Virus record (IMG/VR): IMGVR_UViG_3300037961_005106
Span: 1-64,000 of that record
Source of the DNA: a virus
Direction: 5' to 3' (one strand)
DNA length: 64,000 nucleotides
This document shows, piece by piece, positions 49,718 to 60,237 of this stretch (its first letter is position 1; each line of letters begins with the position of its first letter). The notes beneath the pieces were generated by a model. The model searched no databases. It worked only from the letters and a program-made list of their open reading frames with translations, and was not told the DNA's origin. A program made the position numbers and the translations under genes.

Positions 49718-51244
49718 GTGCCTTCTCATCGTCACCTTGCTTATAGACGTAATGCTCAAGCTGCTGCTAAAAAGCATAAAGTACGCAAGAGTGACAAAGA
49801 ACAATTATTTGAAAAAGCTAGAGATGATTTTGGTTTCTTTTGTGAATATGTAGCGGATAAACCTCCAGCAGCACACCACAAAGAATGGCATCGTCAACTA
49901 GTAACAAATAACGATAGTTCGTGTCTTCTTAAGATTGCAGGACCGAACATTGACCTATTAGGCCCTAGAGGGTCTGCTAAATCGACTGTACTTGGCTTGT
50001 TTACTGCCTGGGCAATAGGTATTCATACGCAAGCCAAGAAGCCCTTACAGATCCTTTATCTAAGCTATACAGTTGATATCGCACGTTCTAAATCAGCAAC
50101 CATTAAACGTATTATTGAATCAAAAAAATATCAAGAAGTTTTCCCTACAGTTAAGTTGCTCAAAAATGTTACGAGTAATGAGTACTGGTCAATCGACCAT
50201 AAATTTGCTGGTATTGATGTTACAGGTGAAGAACAATTTACTTTATGTGCAGCAGGACTTAAAGGATCGGTGACTTCCAAACGTTCTCAACTTGTGATAA
50301 TTGATGACCCGATAAAATCTGCTTCAGATATTGGCAACCCAGACATCCGAAAGATGATGCAGGATAACTGGAATGCTGTGATTGCTCCAACAATGTTTGA
50401 GGGTGGTCGTGCAATTTGTCTTGGTACTCGCTTCCGTCATGATGACATTCATTCGACCACGTTCTGTCAGCAAAATAATTGGATGCAGATTGTTCTTTCT
50501 GCCATTTTAAATAACGAGGTGACCGGCGAGGAAGAGTCATATTGGCCTGAGATGTGGTCCCTAGACTATCTAAAAGAGAAGAAAAGGCAAGCCCCTATTG
50601 CTTTTTCTTTTCAATATATGAATCAAATTGTTAGGCAAAACGAACTTTCACTGGCACCAGAGCTTTTAGTTAAAGCAGAAATTGCTACTGAATTTGACAC
50701 TCTTGGAATTGGTGTTGACCTTTCTGCTGGCACTAAAGAAAAGAATGACTACACCGTAATGGTTCTTGGTGGTCGAATTGGCGATAAAATACATATTATT
50801 GATTACCGTAGGTTACGTGTAATGGGTAACCTAGAAAAATTAGATGCATTAAAAGAGCTTTTAAATGATTGGTCTGTGATCGGTCAACAACAAGATGGTG
50901 TTTACTTTCCTACATATTCAACTTGTGATATTTGGTCAGAAGCTGTGCAGTATCAAGCTTCTTTAGAGGCTGACTTTAAACGTATTTGCTTAAATAATGA
51001 GGGGCTTTATAATTTAATCTGGCATCCTGTTAAAGGTTTCCGTGCAGATAAATTAGCCAGGTTTAGAGGCATCATGGGAATGTTTGAGGATCGTAAAATA
51101 GTTTTTAACAGGTACCGTAACTTTACGACAATGTTTGAAGAGCTAACTAATTTTGGTGTTAGCAGTCACGATGATTGTGTTGATGCTTTAGTTTGGCTTG
51201 TAACAGGCTTAACACGCAAAGGAAAATTGCAATTGGATTACTGA
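49718..51244 (+). CDS. terL: Terminase large subunit
   Basis: Walker A GPRGSAKST, Walker B VIIDDPIK, LGTRF, nuclease GVDLS...DYT...HDDCVDAL. Confidence 0.95.
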   Translation: MPSHRHLAYRRNAQAAAKKHKVRKSDKEQLFEKARDDFGFFCEYVADKPPAAHHKEWHRQLVTNNDSSCLLKIAGPNIDLLGPRGSAKSTVLGLFTAWAIGIHTQAKKPLQILYLSYTVDIARSKSATIKRIIESKKYQEVFPTVKLLKNVTSNEYWSIDHKFAGIDVTGEEQFTLCAAGLKGSVTSKRSQLVIIDDPIKSASDIGNPDIRKMMQDNWNAVIAPTMFEGGRAICLGTRFRHDDIHSTTFCQQNNWMQIVLSAILNNEVTGEEESYWPEMWSLDYLKEKKRQAPIAFSFQYMNQIVRQNELSLAPELLVKAEIATEFDTLGIGVDLSAGTKEKNDYTVMVLGGRIGDKIHIIDYRRLRVMGNLEKLDALKELLNDWSVIGQQQDGVYFPTYSTCDIWSEAVQYQASLEADFKRICLNNEGLYNLIWHPVKGFRADKLARFRGIMGMFEDRKIVFNRYRNFTTMFEELTNFGVSSHDDCVDALVWLVTGLTRKGKLQLDY

Positions 51245-51468
51245 TGGAACAACTTATAGCACTAGGCATTGCAGCCGTATCAGGCGGCGGTTGGTTTGTG
51301 GGAAAAGTCTTTAGCAGAATGCGATCACTAGAAGATCGTATTGACCGTTTACCTCTTGAATATGTTTTAAAACAAGATTATATTCGAGAGATGGAAAGAA
51401 TGAATGATGAATTCAGTGAAATCAACACTAAGCTTGATAAACTTGTGGAAAAGATTCTTTCCAAATGA
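51244..51468 (+). CDS. Small membrane + coiled-coil protein
   Basis: MEQLIALGIAAVSGGGW...LPLEYVLKQDY...KLDKL. Confidence 0.6.
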   Translation: MEQLIALGIAAVSGGGWFVGKVFSRMRSLEDRIDRLPLEYVLKQDYIREMERMNDEFSEINTKLDKLVEKILSK

Positions 51469-51644
51469 GTTACTTTATTGAGGTTGAAGAACTGGAAAAT
51501 GGTGATTTATACATCCAAATTCCTGAAGAAGTTATTGAAACTTTAGGCTGGGAGCCTGAAACACTATTGTCTTGGGATATTAAAGGTGACGGGATTATTG
51601 TTCAACGTTTGAATGGGGAATCAGGTTACGAACAGGTAGAATAA
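51465..51644 (+). CDS. AbrB/MazE-like DNA-binding protein, 59 aa
   Basis: GDLYIQIPEEVIETLGWEPETLLSW pattern. Not in the ORF track. Confidence 0.65.
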   Translation: MSYFIEVEELENGDLYIQIPEEVIETLGWEPETLLSWDIKGDGIIVQRLNGESGYEQVE

Positions 51645-51662
51645 TTAAAAAGTTCTTAGCCA

Positions 51663-52294
51663 ATGGAATTAGCTTATAAATATATGAGTCAAATTCCCCC
51701 TAGAGGAAAGAAGAAGTTTGACGAAGAATTTATGTACACCTCAGAAGGTAACATCAGTTCTCCCCGTCCTTCTCGTAATGTCGCACCTGCGTCTTTTTTA
51801 GGACCAGGAAGTAAAGGTGCTGGCTTTGGTAATGTTTCTACCAGAGGTATCTAATGAATAGTTTAGTAGCGCAGCAGCAAGGATACACTTTTCCGATGGA
51901 TGAAATTCCTAGAACGTATTATCCTGGGCGAGGCTTTTTAAGTGATCAAGAAGCTTATCCAGAAAATCCTTTTTATCGACCACCCACGTATGGTGGCGGA
52001 ATGAATATTCCTGGTGCCCCTGGTAATGTTGCAGGAACAGGTGGGTTTACAAAGCTTCCTTATTATGGCGGCCCTACTAATCCAATGCTAATGCCTTATT
52101 ATCCAGGGCAAGATTATGGTGGTGTGCAACAGTTAACAGCCGATCCTAGTTATGCAATTCCGGGAGGACAAACGCCTTATAGAAGAGGGCCTTATCTTCC
52201 CTTTGAAGACATTCCAGAAGATAATGCACCTTTTATTCCAATCCCCAGGGCGCAAGGACTTCCTATGGGATTTCAAAATAAATTTGTAAGCTAA
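51663..52294 (+). CDS. Two Pro/Gly-rich hypothetical proteins (51663-51854, 51854-52294)
   Basis: ORF track; TAATG coupling. Confidence 0.55.
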
Positions 52295-52584
52295 TGGCAC
52301 AAGACGACTCTAAATATACAAAGCCAGGACTGCGTGAATCCATCAAGAAACGCATTACGGCTGGCAGTAAAGGCGGTAAGCCTGGTCAGTGGTCTGCTCG
52401 GAAAGCACAAATGGTTGCTGCTGAGTACAAGAAGAAAGGAGGTGGGTATAAAGGTGGTGAAGGTAAGAAACAAAAAGATCTAAAGAAGTGGGGCAAAGAA
52501 GATTGGCAGACTAAAGATCAATACGAAAAAAGTAAAGCAAAGAAAGCAGTCACAGCAGCTAAAAAAGCTAAGGAGAAAAAATAG
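52294..52584 (+). CDS. DUF5872-like basic protein, N-terminal half
   Basis: YTKPGLRESIK...GGKPGQWSARKAQ...YKKKGGGY...KWGKEDWQTK. Confidence 0.7.
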   Translation: MAQDDSKYTKPGLRESIKKRITAGSKGGKPGQWSARKAQMVAAEYKKKGGGYKGGEGKKQKDLKKWGKEDWQTKDQYEKSKAKKAVTAAKKAKEKK

Positions 52585-54114
52585 TGTCTTTATTTAATCT
52601 TGCTGGCAAATATAAAAGACTTTGGACTAAAGCAGATGAAGCGCTTGGCGGAATTTTACCCGGAGGAGGCGTACCAGTTAAATCAGAAATTTTGAATAAA
52701 CTAGATCCAAATGTAAACCTTGCCTATCGTTATATGACTGGTATGGGTATAGATGATTTGGAATTATCACCTGAGTTTAAACAAGGTGCTGTTAATTTAG
52801 CAATTAGTCCAGGTCCAGAAACAACTTACATAAATCTAGACGGTTCAATTGCTTACAAAGAAAGGGCAAATAAAACGCCGGGTGAAATACAACCAGGTGA
52901 AACAAGAGCTGTTAACTCATATAGAGCGGCAGGAATGCTTGCTCCTTATTGGGATACTTTAGGCGGGCCTTTTGGTGGGGTGCGTCCTTTAGACAGAGAG
53001 CGTGAAGCAGCACCTTATCGATACAGCTTGGGACGTTATAACGTAACAGGTAATCCTGATTCTTATACAGTTACTGATACATATGATTTTATTAATGAGT
53101 TTGAAAACCCTGAGCTAAGCACACCGGGCAGAAAACCTTGGAGAGCATTGGGAGAAACAGTAGCGGGTTTCATGGATCCAAGTCGTTTTGTGCGTGCTTA
53201 TTTATATTCAAGAGATCAACCACCTAAACCCATTCCTTTGGAATTCACTGTACCCAGGGAGAAAAGACCATGAAAAAACAAATAAAGGACTTAAAAAAAA
53301 TTAAAAAACAGTTGCATGGTAGCGCTAAAATGCATAAAGCACAAGCCAATAAGATTGACAGCGTTATTAAAGTCGCTGGCAAATACATGGAGAAAAACTA
53401 ATGTCTTACTTATCTGAACTAGAGAAAATTTCTAAAATCCAAGACAAATTAAAAGACAACAAGGAAAGAGCAGATGATAATTTGCTCGTTGCTGGTTTTG
53501 TTAAGCAAATGAAACCAACAAAAGAAAATATCAAAAACGAGAAAGAAGCAAAAAATCTTTATAAAGATATTGATAATGCTCTTAACGATTTAAAAGATAC
53601 AAAAAAAGATATTAAAAAAGCACAAGGAGGAGGAAAAGAGTCAAAGAAGTTAGCGAAACGTTTTGAAGGATTTTTAAAATCAGGGAAATTAGATAGAGCT
53701 GAAAATCTTCTAGGGTATATTGACAACAAACAAGGTGTTGATATTTCTCCTTACTTATCTAAAAACTTTGGCAAGATTGCAGGCAAATCAGGCATTGATT
53801 TAAAAATGAATTTTGATATGCCGCAACAACAACTAATTGCACAAGCAGATTTAAGCAACCCGCAAAAAAATTATTTTGACGCTCTTTCAAACCCTGTCAA
53901 ATTTATTGACGACGTTAGGGGTTTAGTTGATAAGTTAAACCAACAAACTAGAGATAAAGAACAATTCATTCAAGATACTCTTGGACCAGGCAAGAAAGAT
54001 CAATCGGCAGCCTTTGGCGATTTGTTAGCAGGAGGCAGCTTTAATAATTTTTCTACTCCTACAGTAGATCCATCTTCCTTGGCAGGAATTAACTTTGATT
54101 TCTCTTATGCATAA
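52584..54114 (+). CDS. Hypothetical late proteins (52584-53273, 53270-53401, 53401-54114)
   Basis: ORF track plus manual translation. Confidence 0.55.
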
Positions 54115-54130
54115 CGGAGACGTAACAAGG

Positions 54131-54340
54131 ATGGCAGATAAAGCAATTCAAAAAGACGGTACGACTAAACGCTATCTTCCTAAGAAAGCATGGGCCAAGC
54201 TTTCCAAAGAAGAAAGAGAAGATACTGATCGCAAGAAACGAGCCGGTTCTCGTAAAGGAAAACAGTTTATTCCTAACACAGATAAAGCTAAAAAAGCAGG
54301 CAGAGCTGCTAGGATGTATAAACAAAAGGGCAGTAAATAG
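54131..54340 (+). CDS. DUF5872-like basic protein, C-terminal half
   Basis: DGTTKRYLPKKAWAKLS.EE...TDRKKRAGSRKGKQF.PNT. Confidence 0.65.
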   Translation: MADKAIQKDGTTKRYLPKKAWAKLSKEEREDTDRKKRAGSRKGKQFIPNTDKAKKAGRAARMYKQKGSK

Positions 54341-54344
54341 TTAA

Positions 54345-56669
54345 ATGGCTGACGCTAAAGCTCGTCTTAAAGAAATCATTGATGCTTACGTAGAGCGTGA
54401 TGGTGGAGCTGGTATCGATACCGGTATTGTTGCGTCACATATTGCCCAGATGAAACTCTTTGGTATCCGCCAAGGAGTTGAGTTTTTCCCGTCACAAGAT
54501 AACTTTGGTAATCAACGCAAAGACTTTATCGATAAAGTTGTCAAATATAACAAATTAGATACTCGTCTTGATTCAATATGGGATTATTTCCTGTGTGATG
54601 GAAAAGGACTTTTTTATATCCGGCCTACTGAGAATAATTATCGTCTCTATTATTTTCGTAGTCATGAGTATCGTTCTTATTACAACGTCGATGGTGAACT
54701 AGAAGAAGTTGTAATTATCTACAGTTATAAAGTCAAGAAACCAAACTCTGGTTTCCAAGATATTGGTACTTATAACTTAACTGGGGATCCAAACCAAACC
54801 CCTGGTCAGAAACGTTATATTCGTTTGTCAATTAAAGCAAACACAATTGAAGAGACACACTCAGAAGGCGAGATGTCTTTTGATAATGTCAATATTCAAA
54901 TGCCAGGCAAGACAGAAAAGTTTCCTAATACCTTGCGTTTTATTCCTTGTGTAGAAATCTTTAATAACCCGAAAGGGTTTTCTATGGAAGGCAGTGGAGA
55001 GTTTGATGCGTTAGCTAATCATATTGTTATTCACGATAGTCTTGTTCATAACATGCGAAAGAACTTACAGTTCTTTGGTAATCCAACATTACTATCTTCC
55101 CGTCCTAAAACTGACTTAATGGAGTCAGGTGGTGACGGTGCAGTACAGCGACCTTCTATTGCAGCAAACTCAGGCTTTACTAGTCCTGCAAATCTAAGTC
55201 GTTCTACCTTTAAACAAGATCCAATTAATCGTGGTGTAGATGGACAGATCCGCGTTCCACGGGTAATCGCCAACCTAGAACCGAATGATCGTGTGGGCTA
55301 TATAGTACCCGACGCCATCTCTGGTGACCAGAATGCATTTGTACGCCAATACAGAGAAGAGATAAGAACATCACTAGGCGGAGTTGATGAGCTGTCAATT
55401 TCAGCAGGTGTAACGGCAACAGAGTATAAGTCTCTTTTCGGTCGTGTGTCAGCAACTTCTAAAAAGAAAGCAAACGCAATTTATACCCATGGTTTATGCC
55501 GTTGTCTTGAATTAATTATTTATCAAGAGGAACAACTTTTTAAAGATACTCTTGCAGCAGCAGCAAAATTTGAAAAGCCTATTCCTCCACAAGAAGGAGC
55601 TTCTGCAGAAGAACTGCAAATGTATAACCAAGCATTAGCAGAATTTGACGCCCGCATGAAACAACTTATGATGGCGTGTGTACAAGCACAAATGATTCCC
55701 CCTGGTGTTAAAGGTTTAATTCCAGATGGTGATATTACAATGCTTTGGCGCTGGTTGGGTCCAGTTTATGAGGACTCAACACAAGATATCCTGAACAACT
55801 CTATTGTTGTAAGAAACTTACAGGAATTAGGAGTTGATAGCATAGAAGCACTGAAATATCTTTTCCCATCCAAAACAGATGAGGAAAGAGCGGAAATGCT
55901 TTCGGGCTTCCCGTTCAGGATGGTCAACGAATTACAGGGAGCTTATTCCCAGTTTTCTCGTTTAGTGGGGGGAATGATGCAGACCCCTCACCCACAAGCA
56001 CCAGATTTGCCCATGGCGGCAGATCCTCGTTTGGACTTAACTCCATATCTGTATCGAACCTTAGAAGCATTACAAAAGGAGATGAGTTATGCAGGACGCT
56101 ACCGTCCAATCGATCCCACAGACGAGCCCCCAAGCGGCAGTGGCTCCGAGCAACTACGTGGCGGCAGCACCGGCAGCACCGGCAGCTCCGACCCAAGTGG
56201 CTCCGACATCAGTGGGAACGTACTACCCCCAGGCAGTACCCCAGGCCGCACCGCAGGGACTTACCAGTTACCAACCAAGCCCGTCAGTATCCGCCCCCCA
56301 ATCCCAGGATTCGGCGGTACCCCAGGGCAATCCATGGGAGTCGGCATTCAACAAGGTGGTGAACCTGTTGGGAAGCCCGGTTCAATCCCCATTCCAGGGT
56401 CAACCGTCACAACCGACTCAGTACAGCCCGGCCAATTACGGAGCAACACAAGCCCAGGTACCGACCTCGGCACCATCGGCTCCGCAGACCTGGCAAACAA
56501 ACCAGACCTCATCCAGCAGCTCTTCCCAAACCTCCTCGATCAACTCCTTAGAGGACGTGGCGAATCTCCTGGAGTGGAGTCCGGAAAGCCGGATGGTGGT
56601 GGCGAATTACGGAACAGAGGCTCCGGCAATTCTAAATCAGTACGCCCTAAACCTGGAAGGAATGCTTGA
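54345..56669 (+). CDS. Portal protein (putative) with long G/S/P-rich C-terminal tail
   Basis: Size and position between TerL and scaffold/capsid; FIPCVEIFNNP...GSGEF motif typical of portals. Confidence 0.7.
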   Translation: MADAKARLKEIIDAYVERDGGAGIDTGIVASHIAQMKLFGIRQGVEFFPSQDNFGNQRKDFIDKVVKYNKLDTRLDSIWDYFLCDGKGLFYIRPTENNYRLYYFRSHEYRSYYNVDGELEEVVIIYSYKVKKPNSGFQDIGTYNLTGDPNQTPGQKRYIRLSIKANTIEETHSEGEMSFDNVNIQMPGKTEKFPNTLRFIPCVEIFNNPKGFSMEGSGEFDALANHIVIHDSLVHNMRKNLQFFGNPTLLSSRPKTDLMESGGDGAVQRPSIAANSGFTSPANLSRSTFKQDPINRGVDGQIRVPRVIANLEPNDRVGYIVPDAISGDQNAFVRQYREEIRTSLGGVDELSISAGVTATEYKSLFGRVSATSKKKANAIYTHGLCRCLELIIYQEEQLFKDTLAAAAKFEKPIPPQEGASAEELQMYNQALAEFDARMKQLMMACVQAQMIPPGVKGLIPDGDITMLWRWLGPVYEDSTQDILNNSIVVRNLQELGVDSIEALKYLFPSKTDEERAEMLSGFPFRMVNELQGAYSQFSRLVGGMMQTPHPQAPDLPMAADPRLDLTPYLYRTLEALQKEMSYAGRYRPIDPTDEPPSGSGSEQLRGGSTGSTGSSDPSGSDISGNVLPPGSTPGRTAGTYQLPTKPVSIRPPIPGFGGTPGQSMGVGIQQGGEPVGKPGSIPIPGSTVTTDSVQPGQLRSNTSPGTDLGTIGSADLANKPDLIQQLFPNLLDQLLRGRGESPGVESGKPDGGGELRNRGSGNSKSVRPKPGRNA

Positions 56670-57072
56670 TAGTGCAGTTGCTTGGGGACATGAAGCAACT
56701 GATACTCTCAAAGGTTATGCCAATTTTGCAGTGCAAGAGCACCAAGAAAATCTGGCTTACAACGAGATCCTGACCAATCCTGACGTTCTGTCTGATTACA
56801 CCTTGAAGTTCTTCGGTCCCGAAGGTCCTTATCCGGTGTATGAATCTGAGCAAGATTTGGAAACCCCTGGTTATCCTACCGCTCCTGTTCAACAGCCAGG
56901 CATGAATGTTGCTGGTCTTCCTGCTCCTCCAATGGCAGAAGCACCTCAAGCTCCCCAAGATTTCTGGGGTGCCTTTAAGCAACAAATGGATGTTGATCCC
57001 AGCCAAGCTTGGCGGATTATGAACCAGGCAGATCCTCGCGTCATGTCAAACAAACTGTTTGTTATGGAGTGA
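56089..57072 (+). CDS. Scaffolding-like protein (Q/P/S/A-rich)
   Basis: AGGAG SD; low-complexity N-terminus; upstream of the capsid gene. Confidence 0.65.
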   Translation: MQDATVQSIPQTSPQAAVAPSNYVAAAPAAPAAPTQVAPTSVGTYYPQAVPQAAPQGLTSYQPSPSVSAPQSQDSAVPQGNPWESAFNKVVNLLGSPVQSPFQGQPSQPTQYSPANYGATQAQVPTSAPSAPQTWQTNQTSSSSSSQTSSINSLEDVANLLEWSPESRMVVANYGTEAPAILNQYALNLEGMLDSAVAWGHEATDTLKGYANFAVQEHQENLAYNEILTNPDVLSDYTLKFFGPEGPYPVYESEQDLETPGYPTAPVQQPGMNVAGLPAPPMAEAPQAPQDFWGAFKQQMDVDPSQAWRIMNQADPRVMSNKLFVME

Positions 57073-57076
57073 TCTA

Positions 57077-57652
57077 ATGCAATTGGCAGGAAAATATTTG
57101 CAAAAAGCAAATGAAAAAATTAAGCCTATGCTTAATGACCCTCGCCAAGCAGCAATGGCTGGCGGCGCTGCTGCTGCTGGCCTTGCAACTCTAGGTAATA
57201 TTACGTCTGGGGAAGCTTCTCAAGAAGGCCCCGGACGTTTATTATTTGAAGCTGGAAATGCTGCTCTTTTGGGCAGTATGGCTGGCGCTGCTATTCCTTC
57301 AATGCGTAGGCTTGTTTCAAAACGCACTATTGCGCAAAATTTACGAGCTGACGATATGGGCAAAAGGGCAACTGGACAAGGTGTTGAACTTGGCGCTCAA
57401 TTTAGTTCCCCCGAAGGAGCTAAAATGCGTGAAGCTGCAAATACCTATATGGCTGGCATACCTTATGCACAAGGAGCTTTAGGCGCAGGAATGATTACTG
57501 CAGCAGGAGGTCTAGGCGGCCTATCAGGTGGTGGTTCAGCAAACTTCTATCAATCCATGGGAGTCCCTGGATTCCAAGGTGCGATTGATCCTGAATTACC
57601 TGGTTCATCTAATACGATGAACTCACGCCTTAACATGCGAGGTTATGTTTAA
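57077..57652 (+). CDS. Gly/Ala-rich late protein
   Basis: Start MQLAGKY... Confidence 0.55.
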   Translation: MQLAGKYLQKANEKIKPMLNDPRQAAMAGGAAAAGLATLGNITSGEASQEGPGRLLFEAGNAALLGSMAGAAIPSMRRLVSKRTIAQNLRADDMGKRATGQGVELGAQFSSPEGAKMREAANTYMAGIPYAQGALGAGMITAAGGLGGLSGGGSANFYQSMGVPGFQGAIDPELPGSSNTMNSRLNMRGYV

Positions 57653-57763
57653 AACAGTCTAATAAATTACAGACTGCTAAAATTTTCTTTAGATAGGGCA
57701 ATAGACTGCCTGAATCTTTCACCCGATTACTTACTTTTCCGAATATCTGGAGGATAAAAGAAA

Positions 57764-58927
57764 GTGTTTCTTGATAACGATTTTCCTAAAATCTTAGGCG
57801 CGGAATTATACCGTCCGCATCCCGCCTATGTCTGTGAAATGGCAGTTGAACCTGTCGTTGTACATGACTTTACTTCCCAGCCAGGCCAAACGGTCCAGCT
57901 TGATCGCTACAAGTTTTGGGGAGCACCTGGTACAAAGGATAGCCGTGAGCGTATTGCGGATCAAACAATTGGTACTGCTAATAGCCGCAACATCACTAAA
58001 GAGAAAGTGTTGGTTGTGCTGAAAGAGTACACAGGCCCTGCAGATCCGGGTGATCCGACTCAGCCTTCTACTTTTAAGATTGCTCGTGAGACTCTGATTA
58101 CTGCTCAGCGTTTGCTGCTTGATACCGGCAACCTGAACATGTTCCACCAGAGCATTGGTTCACTGACTCTGTTAGACGACTATAGGCGTTGGCGCGACCG
58201 CGTCTTTATTGACGAGCTTGCTAAAGCTGAAGCCAATGGTGCCGCTTCTTCTAGCCAAGGTGGTTACTACTTTGCTGGTGGTAAAGAAAAAGATGCTACT
58301 GGCCGTGTTTCTTACACTGCTGCTGAGTATGCTGACCAAATTCAACAGTTCTCTGTTCGCACTGACCTGTTAGAAGTTGTTAAGGACTTGCGTAAGCGCA
58401 ACGTGCCTACTTTTGCTGATGGCCTGTATCGCTGTATTTGCGATCCTGTCTTCATGCTGCACCTGCGTCGTGATCCTGACTTCCGCGAGATCGCCCGTTA
58501 CGCAGGCAATCCTGGTCAAGGCATGTACATGGCTAACCCCATGATGCCTAACAACTCCAGCTTCTACATGGGTCCTCAAGCTGGTCAGGGCTACTTCCTG
58601 GCTGGTGAGCCTGTGATGCCAACTGGTGTGCAATTTGAAGGCGTTAAGTTCTTCGAGTCAACCAACTTCCCCAACAAGAACGTCACCGCTTCATTCGATG
58701 CTGGTGCTAACTATGCATCTAAAGAAGTTGCCCAAGGTTTCTTCTTCGGTCCTCAGTCTGTTGGTGTTGGTATTGGCGGCCCTAACGCTCAGGTGCTAAT
58801 TAACAACAATGATGACTTCTCACGATTCATCATTCTGATTTGGCAGCTCTATGCTGGTTTTGAGATCTTGAACAAAGATTTCATCACTAATGCATTCAGT
58901 TTCGTCCAAGATGACGGTTCTGTTTGA
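57764..58927 (+). CDS. Major capsid protein
   Basis: 387 aa; GAGG SD; codon bias of a highly expressed gene; D.T..PGQTVQLDRY and GVKFFEST HK97-fold-like motifs. Confidence 0.8.
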   Translation: MFLDNDFPKILGAELYRPHPAYVCEMAVEPVVVHDFTSQPGQTVQLDRYKFWGAPGTKDSRERIADQTIGTANSRNITKEKVLVVLKEYTGPADPGDPTQPSTFKIARETLITAQRLLLDTGNLNMFHQSIGSLTLLDDYRRWRDRVFIDELAKAEANGAASSSQGGYYFAGGKEKDATGRVSYTAAEYADQIQQFSVRTDLLEVVKDLRKRNVPTFADGLYRCICDPVFMLHLRRDPDFREIARYAGNPGQGMYMANPMMPNNSSFYMGPQAGQGYFLAGEPVMPTGVQFEGVKFFESTNFPNKNVTASFDAGANYASKEVAQGFFFGPQSVGVGIGGPNAQVLINNNDDFSRFIILIWQLYAGFEILNKDFITNAFSFVQDDGSV

Positions 58928-58965
58928 TAAGAATAAAAGTCAAAATTATTAATTTGGAGAAATAG

Positions 58966-59721
58966 ATGGCTTATTTATCTGCCAAGAAAATTTATCCGGG
59001 TAACTTCAACGAGCCTTTAAACGGTTGGTACAAAAACATTGATACCAACGACAGTGGCTCTAACGACGCTTCAAACGGTGGTCCTACTTCAGTTCTTGCT
59101 AACCCCGGTTGGCAGTTCTATCAACTGCGTGGTTATGTCCCTGTGACTACCACCGGTTACACCTCTTCTGCCAGCGTTATCATTCCTTCCCCTTATCGGA
59201 ATGATGATACTCGCACTGACATCACTGGCATGGTTGTCTCTGCTGACACCACTCGCCCTGCTTATGTCTATCGCACAAACCTTTCCGTGGCCCAAGGCTG
59301 GGGTGATGGTCGTGTTGCAGAAAGTGGCTTGATGACCTCTGGTGCTACTCAAGTCGTTGCTTTCGGCCCTGCAGGCCCCGTGAGCACGTCTGGTGTTGTC
59401 GAAGGTGCCAACCTTGTTGCTGCCTCTAACAACATCGCTGCAGGCTCCGCTGGTTATGGTACTAATCCTTTCCAGAACATCACTGGCATTGTTACCAAAG
59501 AGTGGCTGTATGAAGAGTTGACTACGGATACCACCTTCGAGGTGTATTCCAAGGCAACAACCAACGCAACTGCACTGAATGGCGGCTTCTCCATTCACGC
59601 TGATGATGTTGCTGCTGGACGTACTGGTTACATCCTGGTTGAAGTTTGCTACATCCGTCCTGATACGGCTGTTGCTTACGCCGACATGGAACAGTATCTG
59701 CCTAACCGTACTGTTAGCTGA
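58966..59721 (+). CDS. Abundant structural protein (decoration/minor capsid-like)
   Basis: Follows MCP, same codon bias, beta-rich. Confidence 0.6.
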   Translation: MAYLSAKKIYPGNFNEPLNGWYKNIDTNDSGSNDASNGGPTSVLANPGWQFYQLRGYVPVTTTGYTSSASVIIPSPYRNDDTRTDITGMVVSADTTRPAYVYRTNLSVAQGWGDGRVAESGLMTSGATQVVAFGPAGPVSTSGVVEGANLVAASNNIAAGSAGYGTNPFQNITGIVTKEWLYEELTTDTTFEVYSKATTNATALNGGFSIHADDVAAGRTGYILVEVCYIRPDTAVAYADMEQYLPNRTVS

Positions 59722-59762
59722 TAATTAAGGTAATATAGGACCAGAGAGTTAATCTGGTCCTT

Positions 59763-60173
59763 ATGCTTTATCAGCACGTAAAAACAGGAGCGCGAGTTAA
59801 AGTTGTTAGTGAGTGGGATGATGGCGACTGGTTCATGATCGAAGATCAAGATGGTCGAGTCTTTACCGCTTACAAAACAGAAGTTGTACCAGACGAGAAG
59901 GCAACTAAAAAAGTTAAAACCCTTCAAGTCAAAGATGCAGCAGCGAAAGAAGAAGTTCGTAAGTTCCCTCCTGAGACACGCCTTAATATCAATTCAGCGA
60001 CCGCCCAAATGATTGCTGATCATATTAAAGGAATTGGTTTAAAGACTGCTCGCGAAATCAAGGATCTGCAACTTTCTTTGTCGGGTGAAAGATTCCATAG
60101 TTTGGATCAGTTAAAACAAATCAAACGTGTTGATTGGGATTCTGTTTTTGCGGCTGATTTGGTTAGAGTTTGA
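59763..60173 (+). CDS. Helix-hairpin-helix DNA-binding protein
   Basis: LNINSATA..I...IKGIG.KTA.EI...GERF.SLDQL. Confidence 0.8.
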   Translation: MLYQHVKTGARVKVVSEWDDGDWFMIEDQDGRVFTAYKTEVVPDEKATKKVKTLQVKDAAAKEEVRKFPPETRLNINSATAQMIADHIKGIGLKTAREIKDLQLSLSGERFHSLDQLKQIKRVDWDSVFAADLVRV

Positions 60174-60175
60174 TT

Positions 60176-60197
60176 AAAGCCCTTCGGGGCTTTTTTT
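60176..60197 (+). terminator. Intrinsic terminator
   Basis: AAAGCCC-TTCG-GGGCTTTTTTT. Confidence 0.9.
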
Positions 60198-60237
60198 ATT
60201 AACGCAAAGTATAATAAAAAAATACTGGCGGCTTACA

